From Phoronis australis (Eukaryota > Animalia > Phoronida), in contig NMRA01000129.1 in the NCBI GenBank assembly GCA_002633005.1, positions 836,551 to 900,550 on the forward strand: 64,000 bases of DNA, given 5' to 3'. How positions within the stretch are numbered: position 1 is the stretch's first letter; each line of letters starts with the position of its first letter. Position numbers and translations under genes: made by a program. Under the pieces are notes generated by a model. That model was given only the letters and a program-made list of their open reading frames with translations, had not been told where the DNA came from and made no database searches. Of the stretch, positions 48,101 to 61,300 are shown in pieces.

Positions 48101-50113
48101 ATTGAAAATTTATACGCCTAACGATCAAAGACGAGTACTGAAACTTGGCCAGTTTGTCTGACCATCCGAAACGGCTTGTCAAAGCTGTCTTCTCTCATCT
48201 CCAACTCAGATTCGCGTTTCGACATTGATGAACACAATCTCACAGGCATAGCTATTTGCAATCTTATCGTTAGCATGAAACTAACACAACTTACCACAAC
48301 AACAAAAATTGATAATGATATGAATAGTTATCACTTCACTGAATTTACAGTGCCGTTATTATTCCTGGAGTTACCGCTTTCCTGATTTTGTTGCTGATTT
48401 TATTTACACCATCGTTTTCTTTATCGTTATCATCCCTATCTTCTTAATGCCAATGTTATAATATCTTTATCATTGTTCCTGTCACATCACATTGCTTATA
48501 TTTTGTTAAAAACAGTATTCAAAACGGTGATTATACAACTACAATATATTTATCGTTGGCGATGTTTCTACAGTCTCAGTTTTTCTTTGCAATTGAGCGT
48601 CTCTAGTCAACGAAACTAGGTTTACGTTACCTCTTCAAGTCATATTGCAATGTTCTGCCAGCGCTGTGTAATGTGGGAAATCTCAAGTTTGTCTAAAATG
48701 TGTTCAGTTACTCATCACTGTCAACCATAGAATCCCAAACGTCTGCTTAGCAGAAATACGAAATGCGTTCACCTGCTTTTTGCGATCAAGGGTACATCCG
48801 TTACCACACACACAGCCCGTTCTACCAGGCATCGGAATAACCAATGAGCTATACCTGGTATAGCTCATCGAAATAACGTGGCAGCTGAAACACGTTTCAA
48901 TTGTGTTCTTTTGCGAAGTTTTGTCTATTGAAAAGCTTGAAGATGGTCGAGCAAATAATGACAAATATCACTGAATGCTGTTAGATTTATACAAGATAAG
49001 ATTTTGTTTATACATGCCATGTGAAAATTGCCCAAAGTATAAAAAACGGCAACATGGAGGTTTCGCACTTTTTTCTAGGTAATTGTTTTATTCCATTTTT
49101 GTACAAACAACATTGACACCATCATTTCCAACAGATCTTAATCTAGTCATTTTTAATGCATAGTGAAAAATATAGCTAAGAGTGGATATCTTGTCTACAC
49201 TAGATGATATGATTACAGAAAGTTAGTCATAAGCTACATTATAGTCTAGACGGAATCGTTTACAGCATCAATAAAACAAACTAGCGAATGATGCTCTGGC
49301 CCGAGGTTGATGTTTCGACGTTGAAAATCACTCTGTGCGTGGTGTGTTTAACAAGGACTATCAATTAAACTCGTACAAAACGGAAGAGCTTTTTTGTGCC
49401 AGAAAAATCACCAGTGAAATCAGTGAAGCGCAAATTATGCCTATAACATCGTTGCCAACACTCGAATACGAAAAATCGGGGCATCTGGATCCAGGACTCG
49501 GACACACACCAAAGGGAAATATCCGCCACGATATCCAGAAATATCATGACAAAGGCGTTTTTTGTTTTGTTTTAGCCATGCCTGTGAAATGGAACGGGGA
49601 AACAAGGGCATATAGCGTAGGAAACCACGAAAATATGCAGCCATGTACTAAAACAACGGCGTCAGTATTTAACTGCAACCAGGAAGAGATCTCTTCCTGC
49701 TGTAACTTATGTGCGTCAAAAAGCAGGACATATCGTTGCTGTGACGGGACGCGGAACAAAACTTCAAACAGTGGGACGGTCCCGCGGGACAGTTAGCAAC
49801 TATGCTATAAGCCAAGCATCCTATAAATATGGTATAAGAAGATGATAGAGAGATTAACTTTCGAGTAAGCGTTCGACACTTACACACTAAATAGGCTAAT
49901 GCGATTCAATGTGTCCCCAGACAGGACATTCAAAGCCATCCGTTCAACTCGGACAAAATCTCTGGATACAACACTGAAGTTTGCAACTGACACGATGTTT
50001 TGCAGTACTCAGTGGTACTCTTGATTCTTGTTCGTATTCCAAACGTTCGAAGAAATATACTATAACTGTTTTCCATTTACAATAACTTGATTTTGATATC
50101 ACCTTCAAATACT

Positions 50114-50207
50114 CAGAGGAGGATCTACGGGGGGGGGGGGGTTTCAACCTTCCGCTNNNNNNNNNCCCCCCCCCCCCCTCCTTACTGAAAACGTAGATCT
50201 GCCACTG
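50114..50207. repeat. Short G/C-run palindromic element containing a small N gap
   Basis: cagaggaggatctacg(G)n ... (C)n ... cgtagatctgccactg. Related caggggcggatccagga motifs occur at 62724 and 62752. Confidence 0.5.
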
Positions 50208-51705
50208 ATACTCTTGTAGTGAAGAACGTTTAAATAAAAACAACGAAGAGTTTCAATCGCGACATCTTAGGCTGGATCATATACCACATTCCTTTACTAC
50301 TATTTTTTAATTGTTGTCAAAATACTCGGCGTCTCACTGAACCCACTGTCCGGCTGTGAACGGAGCTGTCAGCATGCTGGCGTTCAGAGACACGCATTCC
50401 GTTACGTGTCTTAATTGAGCCTGGCTAACTCTGCTTCCTTATTGTCGAACTATTTGCATTTCCGACATAACTTGGGAATAAAAGTATGTTCTTTCTATCC
50501 ACTATGGTTGTCTGTTTGGCTGAGCAAGACGTACTTTTGAAGTAAATCGTCACATATCAACTTACTTTCTTATTTTCGTACACAAATACCTCCCCCATCA
50601 TTATTTAGTAAAACATTTCCTGAACAGAAGCAAAAGAAAGAAATGAATTTTCGAGCACAAGTCTGTAAAAGTACATTCATGGCATTATAGTAACGAAAAC
50701 TTTGGCTTTCAAAGACCATGTTCTTCAGGTCAGGGAGTGAGAGTTATATGAAAATTTTTGAAATGGGAAAGAATTAGCCTCTGATGTTCTTCATCACCAT
50801 TTCCCTTAGAGTCAAAGTTGACATCGGAAATTATGTATTTTATGACTGAAAACCAACACTATTGTTTACATGTACTTTTGAAGACATAAGACCACCGTTG
50901 AACAATGTTTATTGATTATTTACAATTGTATAAACAGTACAAAAATAAATAGACACAATAATCACATCTACACCACACACACTCTCCTGTACAGAATATA
51001 ATGCACAAACCTGACAACTGTGAGTCATAAATTAAACTACCAAAGGCCACAGGTCAAACACTGGGACAAGACTGGGAATGAACGGTCAAAATTGCTTATT
51101 TGTTTCACCATCACCTTTGAAGTTACAACACACAAAAATGACTTCATTAGAAGCTGTACATGTGATGAATTGCATTCACTTGATATCTTCGATAAGTTAA
51201 TGTCAAATGCAGGAAACAAAGGGGAACATGGAACTCACTAGGAGACACAGGACTGGCTAAAGAACCATCTGCCCACTAGGAGGCGCAGTACTGGTGAAAC
51301 AATTGTCTGGCAAGAGAGGATACATTCATGCATGCAGTTCATGTGGGACTATCCTGTAATGGGACTATCCTGTAATGGGGCTATCCTGTAAACGATCGTT
51401 GCTGGTGAACAGATTTTTCTTTTCAATCTGTTCAAACAATAAAAAAGTGATATTCCTTCATGAACACAGTTTAGTGAATAATCAGTTGCTTGTTTATACA
51501 CCATAGAATGATGATTATACTAGTACTAAAATTCTAACTGTTTTGAAATTCCCACCGCAACTTCTAATTTCTATAAAGACTTATTTTTTATAGCCCATGA
51601 ACAAAGAAATTTTAATGAAATTATTAATTGGTGTAACAAATAGTGTTTTTTCAAACACCTGAGTCCTAACAAGTAATTCTGGGTAAAAGAAAATTGCACT
51701 GCAGA

Positions 51706-51817
51706 TGTCACTGAATATAACTACACTGATTGACAAGCATGTTGTCACTGAATATAACTACACTGATTGACAAGCATGTTGTCACTGAATATAACTACAC
51801 TGATTGACAAGCATGTT
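51706..51817. repeat. 37-bp tandem repeat x3 in the probable centrin-3 3' UTR
   Basis: Unit tgtcactgaatataactacactgattgacaagcatgt. Confidence 0.92.
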
Positions 51818-52324
51818 CATATTCCTTCTTAGTAATTAGTGGCATTCACTGATGAAAGACAATTTAACCTCATGACATCCCATAGTGAGAGAATGAGTCA
51901 AACATACCTCAGCCAATGGATCAAGTTTATGCCCTAGCCACAAATACAAGTTCTTGGATATGTTCTGAAAGCATTTGGGAACACTTAGCCACTTGAGAAA
52001 CATGTGAAATGCAACTGAACAAAATCAAGTGATCCTTCTAACTCTTGGTCACACCTGAGAGAACAGGAGGTGGCCATGATTATTTTAATCATTTTTTAAA
52101 AAGGAAGCAGTAGAACATATGCTTTTACACAACACAACTAATGGTAGCAAAGTAGTATCAGAACGTATATGTGTGACGCAGTGAGGGGCTAAACACATAA
52201 ATGCTAGTAACGGTTGAGAACTGCAAGATCATGTTTTAACGTCTATTCTTTTCACTAACAATCTGAAGACTCTGTGACCTGGGTAATGTCCATAGATGCC
52301 CACACTGCACGGTGGCCGACACAT

Positions 52325-55300
52325 TTAGGTATCTCCCGTCATGATAGCAAGAAACTCCTCCAAGCTAACTGGAAATGACAAGAGAGCAGGGCATGAGGAA
52401 ATAAGTCGTAATAGATACACAGGCAAGGCCAGAAACTTGGGAGGTTTTGAACAATGCAGCACTGCAGAGCAGATTTTATTACATACGCCAACTAAGACTT
52501 GGAGGGTGGTTATCATTTTTGCTCTGACAACGCGTCTCTCAAATAAAATGCGAGGATGATCCCAAGTGATATGGCTGTTAAAATCGAGTACAATGGGCAA
52601 GCACCATTTGGTTAAGAAACTGCAATACTATAACATACGTGCAACCCAAGGTTGAAAATGAAATATAGTCTTTACAAATAAATCTAATCAGGAGCTCAAT
52701 AGTTTAGCTTAATGATGTAGGGACCACAGTCTGGGCCCGGTCTCCAATCTCCGTACTCAGACTCATACTCATACTCGAGATTTCATACTCAAAATCGTGC
52801 TCACTGGAGTCGTACTCAAAAAAGCGTATCTAATGTCGTATTTCGAGTAGACTCCAAACGTACTCAAATCTGACACTCATACTCGAGTTGCTATGGGACT
52901 CTTTATGATGTGAAATGCAAAATCACGCAAAGCCGCGATGATTCATCGCTCCCTATTGGAATAGACCACCCCAAGAACTAGGCCTACATTATCGTCTGCT
53001 GTCGCTACAACTACAACAGTATGTCTATAACGTGGAATTCTGAGTGTTCTGTAACTGTTATTCAGTTTTTAGTTTCAATAAATATTCTTATGCCATTTCT
53101 TTGATACATTTGGCAATTATTAAGCTTCACTTCTTGAGTTCCTCACCCAGTCCCGAAAACGTCTTTTAAAAGAAATTTGTAACAGCTTATCACATCACAT
53201 CTCTGTTGCTAATTTAGTCTTGACATAAAACCCATTGCTGTGTAGGCCTACGCTGATGTCAAACTTTGATACTGTATCTTTGTATTTTACCGGGATGTAT
53301 CAAGTGAGTTGACATTTGGCACGTGAGTTAAAAAACAATACTTGTGCAGGCATTCAGAGTTCACCAGTGGCACTGAACAGGACGAGACGTCTACTTAGAA
53401 ATCGGCAAACAAAATCTGGAATTCCATTTGGGGATTGAGGAATTATAGATGACTAAGTTATGATGAGAAATGTACCTGACAGGGAAGCGAACTTTTTTTA
53501 ACTTCCCTCCCCTCCTCGTCTTTTGGAAACCCTACAAAACGTAGGCACACATACCTAAATAAGGGCAGCACAAACTTCTCACACGACTTTTCCCACAACT
53601 GCTTTCGACGCTTGTTATGACTCGCCGACAAGGGATTACAATGCGCCTGTTGCCAGGAATTGTAGAGGTAGAATGGCGGCCATAACATACAGTGATACGG
53701 CGGGTTAATAAGGTGAAGAATAAGAAGATTTAAGATGAAAACTATTATCTCTGAACTGAAGTTGAAGTGCTGAGATACGGTAAGAGGATTTATTTTTTTA
53801 GATTTGCGGTGTTTCTTGGTTCCCTTTCGATATTTTGTTCTCTGGTTCATATTTATTTTCGAGTACGATTTCAAGCACACTGCCATACCAAACTTGAAAT
53901 TTGAGCATAGACTCCAAATTTTTACTCAAAATCGTACTCGAAATATAGATGAGATACACTTCAGTTCGAGTAGACTCGAAAACTGAGTACGTGCTCGAAA
54001 TTTCGAGTACAGATTTTTCGAGTATGACATTGAATACACCAAAGCTGAGTCTGTACTCGAGTTGAGTATGAAGTGTGAGTTTGAGCACGATTCGAGTCTG
54101 AGTACGGAGATTGGAGACCGGGCCCTGATCTCCAAACTCAAGACTCAAAACTTCACCACATGATTTCAATACAAGTTAACTCAAAGCGTGCCATGCAATT
54201 GGTCTAATTTTCCAGTCACATTTCAAGTATAGAGAGTAGACCACAAGCTCATGCGCTCATGGGGAGCTGCGATGCCAAGATGAAGTCTACACTCTCCCAG
54301 TATTTTTTATAGTTTTGATCTTTTATAAAACAACTTCCAGTTATTAAAGTGACACTTTGTTTCATTCATCTAAAACAAAGAGCAAACCAAAGGCATTAAA
54401 TCAACAAGACACTGCTTGAAACAGTTTAACAATATTGTTCCAACTGGAATTTGGAGTGACATTTAAAGCATTTTAAGCATTTTTAATCTGATTTTCCTAG
54501 GCACTTGGTTCAAATTAACAGAGGTAAATCTAGCCACGGAAGCAATATATAACTCCATTGGTTCCATAGTGTAACAATCCAAAATGATGGTAAAGACTGG
54601 GATGGTGTAAACTCGTGATAAAGGAGAGGCTGATACTCACTCTCACCATCCTGGTCGTGATCAAACTCGTCTATCATGGCCCTTAGTTCTTCATCTGTCA
54701 TGTTCTCTCCAAGCTCTCTGCATCAAAAAGAATTTAAAAGACACCATTGAAAGCCACTAAAAGCAAGCTGTCAAACACAAGTGCCCCCATAGGCTCTTCT
54801 AAAGCAACACCATTGCCTTCTTACATTATGATTGCAACAAAATGCTTGAACTACCCCTGCCAGTTGTGCTACTTCGGGAGGCTGAAAATTACCCCGCTGT
54901 GAAAAGCAACTAAACGAGCCAGATCTGAAGCAATAGCGAGCTGTCAGTTTTTCCAAGATCCAGGGATTATTTTTAATTTAATAAAAGAATGGGTCGATAC
55001 ATATTTCCTAACAGTGGCCTAAATTAGAAATTATACTTTTATTCAATTTCCACGTTAAACCATTAAGGTAAACAAATAGGTTCAGCTGGATATACACAAT
55101 CACATGAGCCAGAGGAATGTAGCAACACACACCAAAGAGAGATCACATGACCATACATTACTGAACGAGAACAATGAAGTCAGTAGAGGTTATGTAGGGT
55201 TACTAGGAAACTGGCCGAACTTGTCTAATTTTGGAACATCATATTTCAGAAATGCCTGTTCAGATTCACATGAAACTCTCAGATACTCTGCTTTATACAC

Positions 55301-58300
55301 CATTCTCCAGTACACTTTAGGAATTGATTTTAAAATGCCCCACTTCTGCACAAGGGGCTAAAAATAGAAATTTTATGATTTTCATGAAAAAAATGAAAAG
55401 TTGTAAAAAATGAAAATGGAACAATAATTTAGAAATAACCATAATTTTTAGATTTCATCATTAACTTTTATATCACATGAAATTTAGTCATGTACCATTG
55501 TTTTGCTACAAATGTACCTTTCTTTTTTGCTATATTTCACTAAAAAGAATGCTCACATCACCCAATTAACAACAGTGTGTTAAAAAGTCAAAAGTAACAT
55601 TCTACAGCTTTCCACTTTCAGAAAATATAGCTTAATATCTTTTACTGAGTTAAAATCTATATTTTTGTATATTTTTTTGGCAAAATACACTCACATGTTG
55701 ACAATGTCCTAAATAACCTTCCTTGGGAAAGTATAGTGAACCATGACTCTTGTTAACTTTCCATAAAAAATTTGACAAAATTACCTCAGATTATTTCGAT
55801 GTCTTGTGGCTGGCATCTTCCTCAGTGATGTTGAGTTTTCAAGCCATGTGGTGTGGAACACAATGCGTTAAAGGTGAAGGCAACCTTTTTTCATGTCATT
55901 TTCAGCAAAAATAAGGCTAGTTGATTATACTAGACATCTTTTTCACTTAAATACAGCTTTTTGTAATCTAATTAATTACCCATCCTCTACTCCAGTAGTG
56001 ACGTTTTGGGAGGCAAGAATTTCGCGCCAATTTCTATTCATATGGTCTGACTGTGAGAGCTGTAGAGCCAGTCATCGTTCTACCTTAGTTGTGATGTGTT
56101 CGGTCATTGTTTGTTTTTGTTTACGAGTCAGTCAACATGCCACATTGTTGCTGAGTACCGGCAAGTACTCATTGTCGTCTGAAGCACGTTTTGGGAATAC
56201 CCGGCTTTGCATCACTCTCCGGAGGATGACACACTTCGCTGTCAGTACTTGGCTCGTTCGGGTAACGCACCATTACCCGTCTACGCAACGTTCAAAGCAA
56301 TGGAGGGTTACCGAGTGTGTGGCAAGCATTTTCTGTCGTCAGATTACGAGAGAGATATGTAGGCTGAATTGACGAAGGTCCCTGTGAAACATCGCGTGAA
56401 GAAGGCTGTCATACCGTCGGTGTGCCTGTCGCCACCCCCGAGAAGTGCGTTTTTGAAGCCAGAATCCTCGCGAGCTATGCCCACTACAGTGACTGGAGGC
56501 ACTTCATCTGCTGTCACCGTTGCCTACAAACGTACCCCCAGAGCGTGCAATTTCCGGGAACTAGCAGTGTATCGCCCTGTGCTGTTGTCTCTAGCCCAGA
56601 GCAGCCCTGCAGCGATGTTGAGTAGTGGGAGTATACAGGCCCAGTTCATCAATACCCAGTGAAGAAGACAATTCGTGGTCCAATGAAAAGTTCGGTGAGC
56701 CAAACTTCGATAAGTTTATTGCAGACTTGTCTGAAGTAATAGCTATCTAGAAGGTGCCATGTGTGTTGCGAGAGGGTCACACGGCGGGATGTAAGCAGTT
56801 TGGGTGCTCAGTGAAGCACTCGGGCAAGTGACACAGTTGTGCCTGTGGGTACTCTGCCTGATCATTATACTCGTGCTCAAACATATACCCACCCACTGAC
56901 TGTCCGTGAAAAAATTCCTCGTCATCACTGCTATGAACAATGTCTCCGTTACTCACATGCATCACTACTGTCAATGTGATATGGGTCGCCGACTCTAGCC
57001 ATTTTCAGATTAACACAAACTAAACAACCCCTAAATCCAACGTAATTGAGTTCTCTAACAACTTAGCTTGTCGTAAAATACTCCTCAATGGGAAGTGGTC
57101 ACGACAGTTTTAAAAAACAGTACGACAACAAAAGTAGTACAGATGTGACAGTAAACTCAACACAGAACAAAATTGGCGCGAAATTCTTACCTCCCAAAAC
57201 GTCACTTCCGGAGTAGGGGATGAGTAATTAATCAAATTACGAAAAGCTGTAATTTAATGAAAAATGTGTCTGGGATAATCAACGAACCACATTTTTGCTC
57301 AAAATGACATGAAAAAAGGTTGCCTTCGCCTTTAAGGTGGTCTCTTCCACGGCACACAGCAGAAATATTCAACACCACTGAGGAAGATGTTAGACACAGT
57401 ACATTGAAATAATGTGAGGTAATTTTGGCCAATTTTTCATGGACGGTAAACAAAAGCCATGCTTCATTATGAGAACAAGAAAAATCACATAAATGTGTGT
57501 CAGTTTGTTACAGAGGTTTGTACAAATGTGCGTCACGGAGAGTGAATACAGACGATTACAAACTGTACACAATAAATTGCAAATTTCACTCACCTAGCTA
57601 CCCTGCGTAGATTCCTCAAGCTGATTTTGCCCGAGCCATCGTCATCAAACAATCTGAACGCCTTTGAGATTTCTTCCTGAGGGTCCCTATCTAGCATCAT
57701 GTCCGTAACTAGATCAAAAACCACAAAACACAATGACACGTTTTGTCCAAAAGCCAAAAGACACTGTTGGTTGAGGATTTTGTTTTTTTTAAAATTGGTG
57801 TTGTTATAAAGTATTTTAAAAATTTTTTAAAAAACTACCCGAGATGACTGAAAGTGGTACCAGTTTGAGAGCTGCAGCAACGTAATTGCCAGGTTGGAAG
57901 GGATGGTGGCACTCATGCGTGTGAGGTGGGTACATCATTAGCAGGTAATCACACCTCACTTGCTAACCCACAATGTTTAAAACTGCTTGTGTGCGTTTAG
58001 GGGGCATTTCAAAAAACGTACGAGGCCTTGGTTGAAATTGATTAATGCAAGGCATTTCTTATTCAAGTAGTGAGGTAGAGATTTCAAAGTGAGTCAGCGA
58101 ACCAGAACAAGAACCAACTATGGTTTTTTGGTCTAACAATATAAACCAATCACTGATTCTAAAGTATACCAAGTCATTTTAACCCAGGACAAACAATAAC
58201 CATTCTTCACAGTTGACAGTGACATACAGTTTCTGATTGAACTCATTTAAACCACAAAGGCCGCTCAAAAGAATACAAAGAATTTGACTGGGTATGAACA

Positions 58301-61300
58301 CTCACCCACTTCATTGAAGTCATCAAAGGTAATTTTCCCAGTGCCCTCCCTGTCGTAGTCTCTTAGCACCTTCAGTACATCTGCCTTCTTAACCTCGAAC
58401 CCAAGAGCCCTCATAGCAACCTGCAATGGTACACCAGTTACATTAATATAAGCATAAAAATGAATTACTAAACAGACAAATACATCTACTGTAAAAATGG
58501 CGATTTTATGAAATTTAGACCCAAATGATCCCATTTCCCTGTCAAATGTCAACACAGAAAGAAAAATCTGATCACTGAACTTTTTCACAGTGCCACCGCA
58601 AGAAGAGAATAGTAATGAGAAATGGTGATGAGATGACCGTCACACTGAAATATGTATGTGGACATCAACACGCATGCCTTGGTTTGGTCGTTTGACGCAA
58701 ACATGTATAGCGAGTTATTTTTGTTTCATTAGACACTTTATCTTGAGCGTGCCATAAAATACAAACTTGTGTGCAATGCACAGACTAGGTCTGTTCTAAC
58801 TATTGTACAAGCCACAAGCAACAAAGGCATTTCTCGTTAGATGGAGCAGTACACTATCTTGCATTTTTCATAGGTATGTCCGAACGTTATTTTCCAACCA
58901 ATCGTAATGTGCGAATGTCACTTTGTTATGTTAATCAACAAGAAGCCAGATGCAATGTAAAAGCCAGGTTGCATGATCCATTCACAGTGCTAGACCTGAT
59001 AGCACTTCCAAAGACTCTACAGGTGATCCCCAAAAGTTGTAATTCTGATGACTGTTTTAAACATTTAGCACCTTGTGAAACATTCTAATTCAACCAAAAA
59101 GCTTCAGTCGCAAAGTTAAGACTCAAAATCTAACCTTAAGTTCATGATAGTCAATCGCCCTGTCCTTGTCAGTGTCAAACAAGTCAAACGCTTCTTTTAT
59201 CTCTTGCTTCTGTTCTTCTCTCAGTTCTCGCTTCTTTCGGCGACGACCTCTGTCCAGAGAGAACTCACCCCTGGTAAGATTACATAATGTCAACAAATGT
59301 TGAAGAGAATGGCGCAGGCCATTCACCTAGACGGTGTCCAGGGCATCCAAACGGACACCTTGCCTCTATTTTAGATGCTCCAGATAGGACGTCAGATTCA
59401 GCGTTTGGATGCCAAGTAACGTAAGCAAGTAAACATGTTTTTTAACTTGCTAGCAGTAGCTCTGGAAGCTCATTGGTGTGTTGGTTTACAAATGATATAA
59501 GACTTCGACTGAAATCGAAAAGTTCAAAATATTGTACCAGCTTAGGTTAAATTAAGAGCGAAGGCATTGTTTCTCAAGTTAAATGCATTAGCTATAAAAC
59601 TACTTTTAAAATTAAGTTACAGATGAAAACAGTTGGAAAACAAAATCCCGGTGTTTATGTTGAACTTGGGTCACATGTCTCCCTGTTCCATTGCAGTGAA
59701 TGAGTCAGTATACATTGCCGTTAGTATGACACAGCGAGAGCGGTTTAACCGGCCACTAAGTTCCAGTCCCTGAAAAGCTGGTGTGTTATTTTATTGGCGA
59801 TTTTCAACCACAGTGCAGTCCATCTGTCTTTTTTGTTAATACTATGCTTCGATTCCAATAGTTTTAGCCAATTCTGGTGCTTTTTGGACTATGTTTTTCA
59901 AGTGATCCACATTCAACACACTTGACTCACTTTTGACGCAACTGAATCAAAAGCGGACAATCACCGCACAAATAAAAAACTTCATATTGATTCACCGTTT
60001 CCTCTATTTTCTGAATCCTCTAGTCACAGTGATTACAAAAATATATTACTTGCACTGATTGGTCACTTCTTATTCATAATTTTTGAGTTTTTACAGGCGT
60101 TCATTTGCAATGCGGATTCGTGTTTTTTCTCAAGAAGTTTTGAAGAGGCAGTCCTTTATATATATCTCTTACTGTTTTTTACTCAGAGTTTCCCTAATGT
60201 GCCACGCGGTATCTTCAATATACTAGCCAATTTTGGGATTTTCTGACACAAGCATGATCATTGTAGTTATCATTCCTGCCAAGAGGTGTTGCAGTTTTAT
60301 AATGGCAGACACTCGAGATCGGTTGCTGCGAATAAACACCATGTAAAAACAATGCATGAATAAGAAGAGCCTAAACAGTGAGTAATTGATAGGAGCACAG
60401 GCGTCCTCAGCTTCTGATCATCCCTAATACACTATATAATATACTACAAGGTATGACACTCCGGACTAGAAATTCCACAGGTGCTTCACTTCAGTCGTCC
60501 ATAGCAAACACAAAACTCAATAAATTTTCAAAAAACAGAGGTTCGACAAACCATGAGGAATTGTTCTTTTTCCCGATACCATTTACAATGTCCAGCTCCA
60601 CCGAGTTCGCAACAAATTCGCGGCCAAAGCACAAAAATCTTTCCAAAAAGTCGCTGCACACCAGCAACATGCTACACGGAAATTGCCGGTTTGTCACGGA
60701 ATGTCACGACATCAATAACTCCACTTAGCCAGACCATTTCGTAACCTTCCGTGGTGAACCGGCAATTGTCATCGATTTGTAACTCAAAGGATTATTCCGT
60801 ACCCTACTTGACCTTGACCGCATGACGCATATTGCTAGTGTGCAGTGATTTTTTTGAGATTTTTGTGCTTTGACCGTGAATTTGTTGCGAACTCGGTGGA
60901 GCCGGAGACTGTAAATAGTATTGGTAGAAAGAACAATTCCTCATGGTTTGTTGAACCCGTTTTATATAAATTTATAAAGTTTTGTGTTTGCTATGGACGA
61001 CTGAAGTGAAGCGCCCGTGGAATTTCTAGTACGGAGTGTCATACCTTGTAGTATATATATAGTGTATTGTGGACGATCAGAAGCTGACACCTGTGGATAG
61101 GAGTAATGCATTTTTGGAATCACCATGATCACGACACAGGCATCCTCAGCTTCTGATCGTCCCCAATACNCCCCGGTCAAACTCATTTACAGTTGGACCA
61201 TTGTATAACGATTCATACTCGTTCTTCCATTTATTAAAAACATATTGATTATTGGTATTAGGGTTTCCAGTGTCATCGTATACCTCCATGGGTATCGTCT

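Noticed and set aside
49335-49796. 153-aa ORF with a Cys-rich end
   Set aside because: It has a non-ATG start, no recognisable domain and no clear splice context.
55893-56662. 159-aa and 97-aa ORFs as independent genes
   Set aside because: They are off-frame or partial readings of the decayed Kolobok THAP region.
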